A stretch of 64,000 nt of DNA from Octopus vulgaris (GCA_951406725.2 OX597824.1:57908001-57972000), one strand, 5' to 3'. Counted from the stretch's first letter, positions 27,849 to 41,905 are shown. A program made the numbers and translations. Notes: generated by a model not told the origin, from the sequence alone.

Positions 27849-28929
27849 GACTTCCCGATCAGCAGTTGGTAAGACTGAAATTCAGTTTGTGTTTTCTTAT
27901 AAGCATTGACTTATACACTCAACACATACACACATGTGTGTATGTGTGAGTGTGTGTGTTTGTGTGCATATTTGTGTGTGTGTGTGTGTGTGGGTGTGTG
28001 TGGGTGTGTGCGTGCGTGTGTGTGTGACTGTGTGTATGTGTGCATTTCTGTGTTTCTCTTGCAAAGTTGCTGTCTGGAGAGTGATGTGTTATTAGGAACG
28101 GATATTTAATTAAAAGTGAAAACAACAGAGGTTCTTTGACATAATACAAGATGCCTTCTCCAGTTTCTATACATACATCCCTTCTAATTACCATTTCCTA
28201 GAGATGTTAGCAAGTGGAAAGATTTTACAAGAAAGAAAACAAAAAGTTAAAGGATAAACAAGGAAGAGGAAGAAAAAAATAAGAAAAATGGAATCCCCGG
28301 TCGTTTCGGCTGAAAAACAGACATATGTATGTATGTACGTGTATAAATGTGCGTTTGCACACACACACGTATGCACGTACATACACATATATACATACAC
28401 TGTTTTTTATCATTCATGTGACATCATTTTCCTTCTGTTTTCATCGAGCAAAATAATTTTATTTTTTTATCTTTATGTTTTGTTTTGGTCAGTGGGGGAC
28501 TAAATTCATTGTTTATTGTTCAATGTAAATCACACAATAGAAGTTCGAATCCTGTAAGAGCATACTCTTCTATAAAGTATTTATGAAAATAAAATCTTTT
28601 CTTATCTTTTTTTCTCTACGTTTTCAACGTCAGCCATAGTGGCAAGGTTGAAATTTCGACAAAATGAATTATTCTGTATTGTTGTTTGTATTTTCTATCC
28701 TATGTCGAGACACGCTTTAATACTTTTATATCTCATTAGTACAACATATGGAAAATTTTATTTATAAAATCATAGAAATGAAGTGAAAGATAAGTTTGTT
28801 AAAGTTAGGTACAAAACATAACTGTACAGGTATATAAACATTAATATTTTGAATGTATCTTCCTGATGAAAGTCATATGAATGTTAACCAACGCATCTAC
28901 CATGGCTGATGAAGGTGTCTCGGATCACT

Positions 28930-29315
28930 CTGATGTTTCAATCTATTTTTCCTTTGACCAATATTTTATCCACAACTTGAATGCTTTTGAAAATTTAGCT
29001 ATGCTTGACTTAGATTTTCATCCATAATATACTAATTTACTTCTGGATTGGATAACTATGATTGATGTGACTGATGTACAACCTGAACGCCTGCAGGAAA
29101 AACTTAAAAGGTTTGCTAAAAGTATCTGCGGATCGGGTAATTAGATTTAACTGAAAAAAAAAAGGTCTCGTACCTATGACCTAATTAAATAGCATAATCG
29201 CTGTACACCAGAATGTCAATCTCTTCAATTCATTCGCCATCAAGGATTTCTTTGTTGCAAACTTCGACTTACATTTGTACAAACTGAATATCAACCGCAT
29301 CAGTCTCACTAGTCT
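28930..29315 (+). mobile_element. Possible highly decayed hAT (Buster-like) transposase 3' end
   Basis: Pieces translate as LLDWITMIDVTDVQPERLQEKL and ...LRLTFVQTEYQPHQSH*, resembling the QxHxSH C-terminus of Buster-type transposases. Many stops. Confidence 0.35.
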
Positions 29316-29529
29316 GGGAATGAAAATCAGTGAAAGTCAAGGTCGATTCCCAACGACCAAACAAAAATGTAGGATTAGTAGAAAGCTTAGCGATATTTAC
29401 TAATGCTGTGTATATTCCAAGTTCAAATTCCACCACAAATGTCGACGAGCGGGGGATGTGAAAGGGTCGTTATTCAGATGTGCTGGGGAGGACGGTAACA
29501 TGCACAGACTGGCGTTGCTATAGTAATCA

Positions 29530-29740
29530 GCCTGCTTAGCTTGTCTCAGTTTGTTGATAAGGAGAGCCTCCATGACTCTGAGATCACCTCTACTGCGTTG
29601 AGTGGCCTAGGTCTTGCACTTCTGCAGGTGTTTTTTGATCGAATTGTCTGTAATTTGAAAGTGCAGTTTCTTGGTGTTGCTCCCAATGTACGATGCCCTA
29701 CATTTACAGTAGACGTATCTCGTATCCCCACATAGGTTCT
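29530..29740 (-). mobile_element. Penelope-like GIY-YIG endonuclease remnant
   Basis: YVYCKCRASYIGSNTKKLHFQI...SIKKHLQKC, and after an in-frame stop ...DLRVMEALLINKLR. Confidence 0.7.
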
Positions 29741-29949
29741 GAGAAGCGACCTTTTTTTTCCTCCCTCGCTTGTCCATATGACTTGAGGAAAAGCTCATAA
29801 CCTTGAAATATCGAAATATAATGTAAAACTCCAACCCTTTTTATATTTCTTTTTGTAGACTACTTTATATCTCATCTCGCACGCATTGCTCTGGCCTTAA
29901 CCAACAAGTCTGTTTGATGTAATAGCACACAATCTTCACCCTAACCTCT

Positions 29950-30033
<84 letters not shown>

Positions 30034-30469
30034 ACATAGATAGATACATATATACATACTATGTGTGCACACCTGTGTTCCAATCAGAGAAATAGCAAAT
30101 ATGTGTGTGCGTGTGTGTATGTGTACGTGCATGCGTGTGCGCGCGTGTGTGTATGTGTGTGTGCGTGTGCTTGTGTGTGTAAGGTCTGAGGAGATGACTG
30201 GGTGAATTAATGAAAATGTGCTTCTTGGACTGCGTGAAGAAGTAACAGATAATACCCGCGGACAGAAGATTTTATTATTGCACATAAAAGTAAATTCTAT
30301 TGGCTTTTACACATAACAACACCAATAATTACGTACAGGGAGAGGATGCTTGGAGTTTATAGCAAGCCTACTGATTCAGCAAAATGTGACTGACCCAACA
30401 TAACTGGAAACGATTGTGCTATATTCGTGGCTAGAATGGAGACGCTTAGCTCAGCTGTTTCAACATTCT

Positions 30470-30700
30470 GCATGGCAAGAGGTGAAGTAGGTGAATGAAT
30501 CGGTCAGTCTGAACGCGCGGCAAAGAGTGCGGGCGCCAAAGCAGCTTTTATACAGGGTACAAGCAGAATATTGAAACACGCAATGGCTTGACACTGATTG
30601 GCTGCTTAATAGACCGATCACTTGAAACTACTGTGGTTCTGTCGGTTCAGTTTCGAATCACTGCTTCATGTACATACTTCGATATATTCGCGCAAAAAGC
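30470..30700 (-). promoter_or_regulatory. Candidate Pol II core promoter: CCAAT + TATA + E2F-like sites
   Basis: Minus strand: agCCAATcag (30597-30601), TATAAAAG (30545-30552), TTTGGCGC immediately downstream, plus tttgccgcgc and an upstream tttgcgcgaa. Locally CpG-rich, non-repetitive-looking sequence. Confidence 0.4.
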
Positions 30701-31324
30701 ATTTTAGTTGGTTATGTATATAAAAGAGTTGACATTTAACTGTGCGTGTTTTATGTATTCAAAAACACTGACTGTTACATGGCTTGATAATATGTCTGTA
30801 TTTAGAAAAAAATGTTTACATATTATTACAATGACATTCATTATTAAAACAAATGACATCAGTTTAAAAGAAACTGAGAAAATGGAAGGTTATAAGTTGA
30901 AAATGTTGAAAATCGTTCTCTTACCTATATAAGGTTACAGAATAAGATCAAAAGATGTAATTGTTTTATACAAAGTTTGGGATATAAAGGAAAATATTTA
31001 AGATATCATCGAATAATCGCGAATAATTCTTTGATATAAAACGGAAAAAATTGATTGGAATATATAACTTCGAAAGAGAAGGTTGGTTTTTTATAAGGAT
31101 GTGTAAATAGCAAGTTGATGAACTAAATCTAGTTTTAAACTGCTGAATCGAAACAGAGAAACTTTGTTATAGCCAAAGGTCTACGTTTATTGGTTACAAC
31201 GATATAGATTCTCTAAAACATAATTATGAAAGTTATTGAAGAAATGACAGTTAACATCATAAATACAATGCACGCACATACATACATACATACATACATA
31301 CATACATACACATACATATATATG

Positions 31325-31360
<36 letters not shown>

Positions 31361-31378
31361 CATACATACATACATACA

Positions 31379-31410
<32 letters not shown>

Positions 31411-32437
31411 CATACATACATACATACATATGTATATATGTATATATATACACATATATACATACATAAATGCATATATATATATACACACACACACACA
31501 CATATAGACAAACACATTTGTAGGTATGGTTGTATGTGTGTACATACGTGTGTATAAAGGTAGATAGATGGATAGATGAATAAACAGATAGATAGATCGA
31601 AGATAGAAGCATATAGGTATAGACATATATTTACACACACGCATGCTTATATATACGTTTATATATGTATATGTGTATGCATTAACATCTGTATAAAAGG
31701 TATTATGTACGTATGCATGTATATCTGCATTTATGTATGTATATATGTGTGTGTTTATATGAATGTGTGCTATTATGTCTGTTTGTCTGTCTGTCTGTCT
31801 GTGTGTATGTATGTATTTATGTATTTGTCTAATAAATATTATACATGGGTATTTCGGTGAATGGTTGGCACCTTTCTATGTCTGTATCTCTCCTATATTT
31901 GTATTTACATTAATATGATACATTTCTAGTCATGTTGTTTCAGGACAAAAAAATAAACACCCACCGTGGTGATGGGTAGACACCCGTATTATATAATATA
32001 TTTTGGGATATTTCCATTTCATTTTAAATCATATCGGTTTCTTATAAATATTGTTTTTATATTCATTCTATGTTGTTGTGAAATATTTATAACAAACACC
32101 CAAAGTGACATTCAGTAGATTTGATGTCGCTCGCCCTTACTCTACAGGTAGTATTTTACAAGACAACCGCGATTCCTGTTTACTCACTTTCACTTTTTCC
32201 TCCAGTATACATATATACATACATACTTATATGTAAATACATATATGTATGTATATACATGTATGTATGTATGTATGTATGTATGTATGCACACATACAT
32301 ATATATAAACACACACACACACAGGCAAACGGAAAACACAAGCGCTTAAATTTGAAAAATACATGTGTGTGCAATATTCAGTGTTGTTAATTAAAATTAT
32401 AGATAATAAGGAACACTATACAATTAGTTGTTGTATT

Positions 32438-32827
32438 TATGTCCAGTGGTTAGGGCAACGGACTGGCGGTCGTAGGACCGCGGTTTCGATTCCCAGACCG
32501 AGCCTTGTGAGTGTTTATTGAACGAAAACAGCTAAAACTCCACGAGGATCCGGCAGGGAGTGGTGACGAACACTGCTGTACTCTTTCACCACAACTTTCT
32601 CTCACTCTTTCTTCCTGTTTCTGTTGTACCTGTATTTCAAAGGGCCAGCCTTGTCAAACTCTGTGTCACGCTGAATCTCCCCGAGACCTACGTTAAGGAT
32701 TTGTGGAATCTCCCCGAGAACTACGTTAAATGTCTGTGGAGTGCTCAGTCACTTGCACGTTAATTTCACGAGCAGGCTGTTCCGTTGATCGGATCAACTG
32801 GAACCCTCATCATCGTAACCGACGGTG

Positions 32828-32831
<4 letters not shown>
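32438..32831 (+). mobile_element. tRNA-derived SINE, family B
   Basis: cagtggttagggca...gtttcgattccc head. Tail ...cacgttaatttcacgagcaggctg...cgtaaccgacgg. Matches 55507-55846. Confidence 0.85.
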
Positions 32832-32876
<45 letters not shown>

Positions 32877-32963
32877 CCTCTTTATTGGAAAATATTTATT
32901 GGAGTATCAAGTTTCACTTTAATATGAATATATGATTGTGTTCGTACATGATCTTCTAGATTG

Positions 32964-33038
<75 letters not shown>

Positions 33039-34128
33039 CGTGTGCGCGCGACCGCACGAGCGCGTGTGTGTATACAGATATCCATTTTTGCTGATGATCA
33101 TACTCGTCTGTGTGTAAATATTGTGGCTATGGATATCGGTGTTTGATTATACTACAGTTGTTAACGGCAATACAAACAACTCACTATACGCCACTTCCGA
33201 AATATAATTACATGTATAACCGATGTTCAATTTTTCAGCATCTATGATCTGTTGCAGTCATCCATCAGTGAAAGTACAAAGTCACTATTCTTTTTAAATA
33301 GCCTTTCTACTATAGGAACCAGGCGTTTTTGGTGGTGAGGAAGGGGGCTAGTCAGTTACGTCGACTCCAGTGCTTATTCTTTGTAAATGCATAGCCAATA
33401 CCGTACAGATATGTATACTGATTATTTTTTAGCTTATATTTGAGTGTATTTATGTATATTTATATATTTACAATTTTCCACTTTCATTAATGCATACAAA
33501 CTTTCATTATATATGTATGTGGTGTGTATAAATGCACGCATATATATATGAATGTATATATATATATATATATATACATTCATATATTCCTATATATATA
33601 TATATATATACACACATTCATATGTTCCTATATATATGTGTATATATATATATATATATATACATATACATACATACATACATACATACGTAAATATATA
33701 TATACTTAAAAGATATTGGGGGCTTAGTTCACAAGTCATCTAAACGATTAGGTACGCTAGGTAGGTGCTGTAACGAGTAACTAAGGCTCCAAGATTATAA
33801 CCGAGAAGGTATGGGTCAGAAATTTGAACTGTGAACTTTTATGCTTCATTTTTCTTCTCTTTCTTCCTCTCCTTATTCCTTTACTCCTGCCCTCTATGTC
33901 GTCATTTCATTAATCTATACCCAATTTGTTTCCCATACTCTGGGATATCCCAGAAACAGCTGTAAGACTTCGAATTTTTTCCAATAATAATAGTGTATAT
34001 GACTTGAGATGTTTGCCTTGCTTGTTGTCCTCTTTAACAATTATATACGTACATTCATTCATACATACTTACATGCATACATACATACATATGTACATAC
34101 TTATATACATATACATACACACACACAC

Positions 34129-34199
<71 letters not shown>

Positions 34200-34200
<1 letters not shown>

Positions 34201-35458
34201 GAGGGGCGTTCAATAAGTAATGCCCCTGATCCACTTGCAGTTGTTTGATCTAGCTGAACTTTTGCATGTGCACTTATTTATACCTCTATAGATTAAGTGG
34301 CGAATTACAGCTCTGAACTAATTGTGGTTTCTGATTTACAGGTGTTTGAACTGAGTCAATTGTGAAATGGAGCCTGTTGAGTGTCGAGCAGTGATCTGGT
34401 TTTTGTATTTGAAAGGACGCACACCACGGGAGACTTTTAATGAAATGAAAGTAACTTATGGTGATGATGCCCCATCATATGACCTTGTAAAACGCTGGCA
34501 TTGTGAATTCAAACATAGTCGGAACTCTGTGGAAACAGCTCCCAGATCTGGTCGCCCCTTCTGCCGTTGATGAGACGTCTGTCCGTCAAGTTGAGGCTGC
34601 CATTTTGGAAGGTCAACGCATAACTATTCGCCAAATAGCCCATAAGGTCAAGATTAGTACCGGGTCTGTGGAAACTATCATTCATGACCATTTGCATATG
34701 CAAAAGGTGTCTGCCAGATGGATTTCCAGGTTGCTCACACCTTTCCAGAAGCAAGAACGCGTTGAGTGCTCGAGGATGAATTTGGAGATGTGCCAAGAAG
34801 ATGAGTCAAAATTTTTCAAAAGACTGATCACACAGGATAAAACCTGGATCCATCACTATGATCCATAGACCGAAGCCCAGTCAATGCAGTGAAAGCACCG
34901 TGACTCACCTCCTCCAAAGAAGGCAAGGGTGCAGCCCTCCGCTGACAAGGTTATGCTCACAGTCTTCTGGGACCAGGACGGAGTAGTGATGACAGATTTC
35001 CTGGCAAAGGGTACCACAATTACAGGAGGCTATTATGCTTCACTTTTGAGGAAATTAAGAGAAGCTATCAAAATCAAGAGGCGGGGCAAGATCAGCAAAG
35101 GCATCCCCCTCTTGCAGGACAACGCTCCGGTCCACAACTCGCGTGTCGCCAGATCAGAAGCACAGGCGTGCAGCTATGAACTCCTCCCCTTGATTTTCAC
35201 CTCTTCCCAGCCATGAAGTTGATTTTGAAAGGAAAGCGTTTCCCAGATGATGCAGCCTTGATTTCTGAAGTCACGTCGTGGTTGGAGGACCAAGCTGGGG
35301 TCTTCTACAAAAACGGTCTCCAGAGCTGTATCAAACGATGGGAGAAATGCATAACTCTGGGTAGTTCCTATGTAGGAAAAGACTAATAACTGTGCCAAGT
35401 GTCGTTGCTCTACTGCTATGGGAAGTGGGTCAGGGGTATTACTTATTGAACGCCCCTC

Positions 35459-35459
<1 letters not shown>
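34200..35459 (+). mobile_element. Near full-length mariner (DD34D) transposon with TIRs and TA target duplication
   Basis: TIRs cgaggggcgttcaataagtaatgcccctgatccactt / aagtgggtcaggggtattacttattgaacgcccctcg, inserted in (TA)n. Confidence 0.97.
34367..35386 (+). pseudogene. Mariner transposase pseudogene
   Basis: HTH (RAVIWFLYLKG...), WISRLL (WVPxxL), ITQDKTWIHHYDP, VMLTVFWD, LLQDNAPVH and DFHLF. Frameshifts, stops and loss of the YSPDLAP motif. Confidence 0.95.
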
Positions 35460-35498
<39 letters not shown>

Positions 35499-36425
35499 AC
35501 TTCTAGAGAAATTTCAAGAGTTTGCTTTTGTATAACGGTAGCACATTGTCCTCAGACAAATATAGGCTCGAATCATGCGAGCAGTGTTTTGGTAATTTGC
35601 TATCTAGATTAGTTTTAAAACTATATTCTACATGCCATTATTTATAGCCTTATCTATTTCGAGGTCCACCGTTAAAACAATCTATCTAATATAATACCAA
35701 GACTATACTGGATCATCGCTGTTAGAGGTGAACATCATACGCTTTTAGTATTGTCTCGGATATTTTTGTTGATTCGATTCAATATATTGTGACACCTCGA
35801 GTTACTAGATAACCGAATTTCTCACAGCAGCTCTGCTTTGGTTGTCGCTAGTCAGATATGTAAGAGAAACATGTGACAATACATATAAAAGGATTCAAAA
35901 GTAACTCTTCTTTTCAGAGACAACTCTATAACTGAAAACCTTTAAATGACGTCTCTTCTGCATAGGTTGCTGCTGCGATTCTTTGTGGACGGGAGTTCTA
36001 GTTTTGGCATCACCCTTCATGCCGCATAGTTTTCTTCCGGCAACGGAACAAAATTTTCAAGTAGCTTCTCCATACATTTTATGACATATCATCAACGCTG
36101 ATATTCTCAAATACTAAAAAAAAAATGAACAAAGGTTATCGCATTAGTTAAGGTCTCCCACATCGTTTATTTATTTGTTTGTTTGTTTATTCATTTTGTT
36201 GAGAGTCTATGATTACTTATGGGAAACCCATATCTACAGACATACATATGTTCAAATCACAAATGTCTTCCGAGTGTTTTTTTTTAATATTTCACTGTTT
36301 GGGGTCGGTAAGAATATTTCGTAAGGTATCCACTCTCTCTCTCTCCCGCTCCTTCTCTCTTCCTCTCCCCCTCTCCCTTTCTGTGTTGGTGTCTGTGTAT
36401 ACTTACGTATAAATAGGTAGATAAC

Positions 36426-36880
36426 CCTTTTTTACTTTTACTTGTTTCAGTTATTAGTCTGCGGCCATGTTGGGGCACTGCATTGTAGGATTTAGTGGGA
36501 CAAATTGACCCTAGTACTTACATTTTTAAGCCTGGTACTTATTCTATCGTCTCTTTTGCTAAGTTATGGAGACATAAACAAACCAACAGCGATTTCAAGC
36601 GGTGGTGGGAAGCAAACACAAGGACACACAGTCTCTCTCTCTCTCTCTCTCTCTCTCCCACACTCAGACACACACAGACACACACTCACATACATACACA
36701 CATATATACTCACGCACATACACACATATATTCATGACGGGCTTCTTCCAGTTTCCGTCTACCAAATCCACTCGCAAGGCTTTGATCGGCCCGGAGGAAG
36801 ACGACCCATGTGTCATGCAGCTGGACTGAACACGAAACCATGAGTTTGGGAATCAAGCTGCTTACCACACAGGCTTGCCA
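36426..36880 (-). mobile_element. SINE family A (degenerate, near full length)
   Basis: Reverse-complement tail, internal CA/CT tract, ccgtctaccaaatccactc and head gcttaccacac. Confidence 0.8.
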
Positions 36881-37228
36881 TTACATTTTTCTCTAAGCAA
36901 ACACATACTCTCTGTTTTTGTCTCTTTGTCCTTCTCTGTTATTTTCATTATACTTTGTGTTTGTCCTTTTTTCTTCCATTTTATTCATTATTTTCTTTCT
37001 TTTTCCTCTTCTTTCCCTCTCTCCATGCACACACACACACTCTATACTCCTGTTCTCACTCTCCCTTTCCTAACCTCCATCCTCTCCTGTCCTAATCTTT
37101 GTAAATTTATTCCTCGTTCTTTACTCGACTATCTCTCCCAGCCTTTCCCATCCATTGATCAAGCAACCGGCTGTCAGGTCTCAAGATTCCAGCAACTGAC
37201 AACTGTTCACTTGGAAGTCACTTTGATG

Positions 37229-37320
<92 letters not shown>

Positions 37321-37989
37321 TATTATTATTATTATTATTATTATTTATTATTATTATTTATAAACACAATGGTAACAAGAAAGACATGTAACTCCTTTGC
37401 TTCCCTATTTTTCCATTCAAAGATGGATGATCTCTTCAGTGACAAAATTGTTCTGAGATTTAGTCATACAAAATATCCCATACGTCTGATAATTTTGTAA
37501 GTCAAGTTAACTATTGTTCTTACATCCATTAGTTGTTTTACTATATGTCGACTTCCCGTTTCATATGACTTCATTTCAGTTGGACATGAAGGACATTAAA
37601 GACATGAAGATTTCTGTCTGATCTTTTTTATTTTTATGACTTATTTTTTTATTCTTCTGCAGCGAATACTTCCCAGATAATGTCTTCTTTTTGTTGTTTT
37701 ATTGTTTATTTACGTTTGAGCGCTGAGTCGATTGATCACATCGAAGTTCTCTCGTGCGATATTTCAAATATGCCTGACTTTGAATAATTCATATCAACAT
37801 GAAGTATGAGAATATATTAGAAACACTTCAATTATTAGGCTGCACTACATTATATTACATTATACGGTATAAACACAGCTCTGAATCATTATGGTGCTCC
37901 AGCATGACCACAACCACATAACTGAAATAGATTAAAAAATGCACAATACTATGCACACAATACTAGACTACACAAATCTACACAATACG

Positions 37990-38197
37990 GCTTCAAATTT
38001 TGGCACAAGGCGAGCAAATTCAGGAGAGGGGGGACAGTCGATTGCATCGACCGCAGTGTTCAACTGGTACTTATTTCATCGGCTCCGAGAATATGAAAGA
38101 AAAAGTCGACATCGGTGGAATTTGAACTCCTTAAAAACGGACAAAATGCCACTAAGCAATTTGCCCGGTGTGCTAACGATTCTGCCATTTCATCGCC
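37990..38197 (-). mobile_element. tRNA-derived SINE, family C
   Basis: Reverse complement of ggcagaatcgttagcacaccgggcaaattgcttag...gagttcaaattccaccga. Relatives at 23465-23555 and 61885-62085. Confidence 0.75.
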
Positions 38198-38295
38198 TTT
38201 ACTACGCTTTAAGTTTAAAGAACTTTTCCAATTTGTAGTTACAAGCGAACACCAATACATACATACATACATACATACATACATACATACATACA

Positions 38296-38327
<32 letters not shown>

Positions 38328-38414
38328 CAGATATATATGTTTATGTGCAATTTTTATTTTCAGTACTTTCTAATTCCCCTTCGTATGTTTGTACTGTGGC
38401 TCTGGATGAGTGTA

Positions 38415-38643
38415 TATTAATACCGAGAGGTAATATCCATTCACACTTAAACGTCCTATTAGAACAAACTATGCTGCACTAGTTACCATGATGAATACCC
38501 CCCGCTAGCGATATAAACAAGAGTGCATTTTTGCACCAAAAGCCAATATGAGCGTGTCTCTCATGGTATCTACAGCAGTATAGTTTGTTCTAACAGAACA
38601 TCCAAATTTAAGTGGAAATAAATATTACCTCTCGGTATTAATA
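38415..38643. mobile_element. Palindromic MITE
   Basis: 22-bp perfect terminal IR tattaataccgagaggtaatat / atattacctctcggtattaata, plus an inner IR ttagaacaaactatgctgc / gcagtatagtttgttctaa. Confidence 0.85.
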
Positions 38644-38928
38644 CTGCATTGTTCTCTTATATACGTCTTTATTAGTACTTATACTAATATTCATTGTCAT
38701 AAAATGTATTTCCCATACTACTATGAAGCATGTGTAACAGAGAATTAAAATGGCACCACATAATCGTTTAATACATACTTACTGTGCAGATACTATAATT
38801 CACTTGGAATCTCGACTTATATGTATCATTTTCTCCTTTAAAGTAAAACATCAAGGTACATACATTTGTTTCGTGGAATATGCACATGTACTTCACGAAG
38901 ACATAGCTCCATACACACATACATACAT

Positions 38929-39088
<160 letters not shown>

Positions 39089-39089
39089 G

Positions 39090-39600
39090 TGTGCGTGTAT
39101 TCATGTTATTGTCCAGTTTTATTTAAAGATTTATTCCCAATAGAGAAAGAGCCGGTTTCTAACCTAGATTCAATGCTCCTTCATTTGAATTTGAATATCA
39201 TCAACAGGGTATTATAGTTTGTGTTATGTATATGTGCAGATTTGTATGTTTTGCTTTATGCATGTATTCTCATGCATATAGCTGCATATTTAGACATGCT
39301 CACATATATTTAAATGATAAACTTCTGCAAAGTTTTACAAATATTTACAGTTCCAGTGATGGATAGGACATGTAGTCTTCGAATTAGCTTTCTCCTTTCT
39401 GGTTTTGAGAAACCTAATTTCTCAAAATTGGTATTTAGGCAGTGTATTACATATTCTAGGGCCCCGATGATTATAGCTATAAACCTGGACTTTCTCAATA
39501 GTTCAGCGTAGGTGTTCTCTTTTTCACTGACCTTCAGCTTTATGTTAACATCCGCTGGGCAGCTAATTTCCACAACTATGCAGTTTCTCTTCTGTCTCAG
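39090..39600 (-). mobile_element. RLE-type LINE 3' fragment (same family as 533-1110)
   Basis: ORF 39310-39762 reads VVEISCPADVNIKLKVSEKENTYAELL...IGAL...GTVNICKTLQKFII. The 5' flank is (TACA)n. Confidence 0.8.
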
Positions 39601-39601
39601 G

Positions 39602-39632
<31 letters not shown>

Positions 39633-39696
39633 CGTATGTATGTATGTATGTATGTATGTATGTATGTATTTGATCTCTGTGACAATGCAATAAAGT

Positions 39697-39793
39697 GTTT
39701 CCTGATGAGGCATTGCAGTTAGGCATCCAAATGCACTTGGTACATCCAATAGTGAGTTCCAAATAAACACTAACTTGAAACGTACGTAGGAAC
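39697..39793 (+). ncRNA. Type I hammerhead-like motif with intact core and palindromic stem III
   Basis: gtttc-CTGATGA-(68 nt, containing agttag/ctaact)-GAAA-cgtacg-TA-ggaac. Stem I has 5 bp. The base of stem II is irregular. Confidence 0.6.
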
Positions 39794-40248
39794 TAAATAT
39801 TTAAACTGACATTTACCTTATTTTCTTGATATATTTGCACAAATCTATGCGCGCGTGCGTTTGTGTTTGTCCCCAGCCACCGTTTCACGATTGGTGTTCA
39901 CTTGTTTACGTCCCTGTAACTTCACGGTTCAGCAAAACAAACAGATAAAATAATTACCAGGCTTAAGAAATAAGTACTGGGAGTCTATTTGTTGAAGTAA
40001 AACCTCTCATAACGGTGCCCCAGCATGACTGCAGTCCACTGACTGATATACAAGTCTAATTCCTATAATAAAATATGAAGTCTAAAATTTAGACTCTGTT
40101 GAGCCCTTTGTGTGAAGTTTACCCAGATGTTTGCTATTTTAGCGTACGGTAGAGCCACCGTGTCTCGATTACTTCTGCTTCGTTCCCTTTCCATTAGACG
40201 ATAACCAGAGCATGATCTCGCCTACGTCTATAAAAACATAGACGTTCT

Positions 40249-40297
40249 CCCACTGACGAGTACCATGTAATGTATGTAATTTAAGCTTAGCTCTGGG
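40249..40297 (+). ncRNA. Degenerate minimal hammerhead motif
   Basis: ccca-CTGACGA-gtac(catgtaat)gtat-GTAA-tttaagcttagc-TC-tggg. GAAA is mutated to GTAA and the stem III palindrome taagctta is retained. Confidence 0.6.
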
Positions 40298-40966
40298 TAA
40301 TGTATACTTACTTTAATATGTATCTCATGGTTTCGTTTTCTTTCTCCTTATGCCGTGCTTGCTTCATACATACACACATGCGCACAAGAGAGAGAGAGAG
40401 AAAGAGGGAGAGAGTGTGTGGGAAGAGGTGAGGGATATGCTGGAATTTACTATCGTGAAAAAAACGTACTCAATACATGAACATCGCTGTAATTTCGAGT
40501 AAGGAAAGTTTCACTTTACTAGTATCAGTCAAATGTTGGAGTATAGCATGATTGTTACAAATCTTTAAAGTTGGCTACAATGATTAACTTCTACTTTTTA
40601 GCAACTCTACTCACATCTCTGGTGTTATGTGTATTTAGGTAGGTTTCTGCGAGTGTCGGTATATATAATTTACACCCATGCATACATACGCATGATCATA
40701 CGTACACACACATACATACATGCATATATACAAGTGCTTCGTACGTACGTACACACATGCGTATACAAATTAAAATTCAGTGGCTATGTTAGGCACATTT
40801 AAAGTTGTCAGTAGATGTAATTTATTTTGGCGTTATTTGATATTTTCCCTTGACAGAATATAAGATGACAGACACCTCGTGGTTGCCAATCCTGACAATA
40901 CCCTTTCTGTAGTCGTAACAAGTGGTTCCTGGTTCCAAATTCTCAGGGGACAGAGAGCGAGCGAGC

Positions 40967-41023
<57 letters not shown>

Positions 41024-41624
41024 GTAGGGAGTGAAAGGTACATGGTGAGAGAGAGGGAGAGAAACGAGGAGAGATAAATATGCAAAAAGTATTTTTAGAA
41101 TTAGAGAAATGAATAGCAAAATATTCCTATTAACTTACAAAATATTCAAATGAAAATTTGGCTGAAACTAAACAAGAAAAATAGAAATTCAGAAAAAAAG
41201 CTTTTTATTTAATTAGCGAAAATTGATCTTTGTAGAGCATGTCATTTTGTAATTCCAAACAACATTCTACCAAAGTCAAACTCGATGAGTTATTACGTAA
41301 TCATTTCTTTTACTCAGCATACCAACTAAAATGCCTCTCAACAAATTCCTGGGAGTATTTGAAGTTAGGAGAATGCTTATAAAAGTTTCTGCCATTTTCT
41401 TTTTTTTACTTTTTACGTTTTGCAATCACGTGTTCAGATGTTCGATCTAATAGCGTGTCACCGCAAGCTTGTCTGTTCTAGCACATCTTCGAGTCGATTT
41501 GAGTGTTCGGTTTAGTACAAGAAAACTGCAGAAGCTCATCGGATGAACACATACATACATAAAAAGAAAATAGCTACGCTGAAATACTGAGGAATCCAGA
41601 TCACAAGTTCAGGTTTAAATAGCA

Positions 41625-41874
41625 GTCTTGAGAAATTAGGCTTCTAAAAACGAGAAGGGAGAAAGTCTGATTCGAAGACTATAGATCCAAGCCATCACTG
41701 GAACTGTAAAACTCTGTAAAACTTTCCAGAAGTTTATCATTTAAGTATATATGAACATATCTAGATATGCAAAGAATATGCATGAGAATGCATACATAGA
41801 ACAAAACATTCAAATTTGCATGTATATACATGCATGCATACATACATACATACATACATACATACATACATACA

Positions 41875-41905
<31 letters not shown>
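41625..41905 (+). mobile_element. RLE-type LINE 3' end fragment followed by (TACA)n
   Basis: tcttgagaaattaggcttc...ctgtaaaactttccagaagtttatcattta matches 727-845. Confidence 0.8.

Noticed and set aside
28186-28215. 6-nt minus-strand microexon AG|GAAATG|GTAATT
   Set aside because: The CTAAC branch-like motif is only about 8 nt from the AG, and there is no other support.
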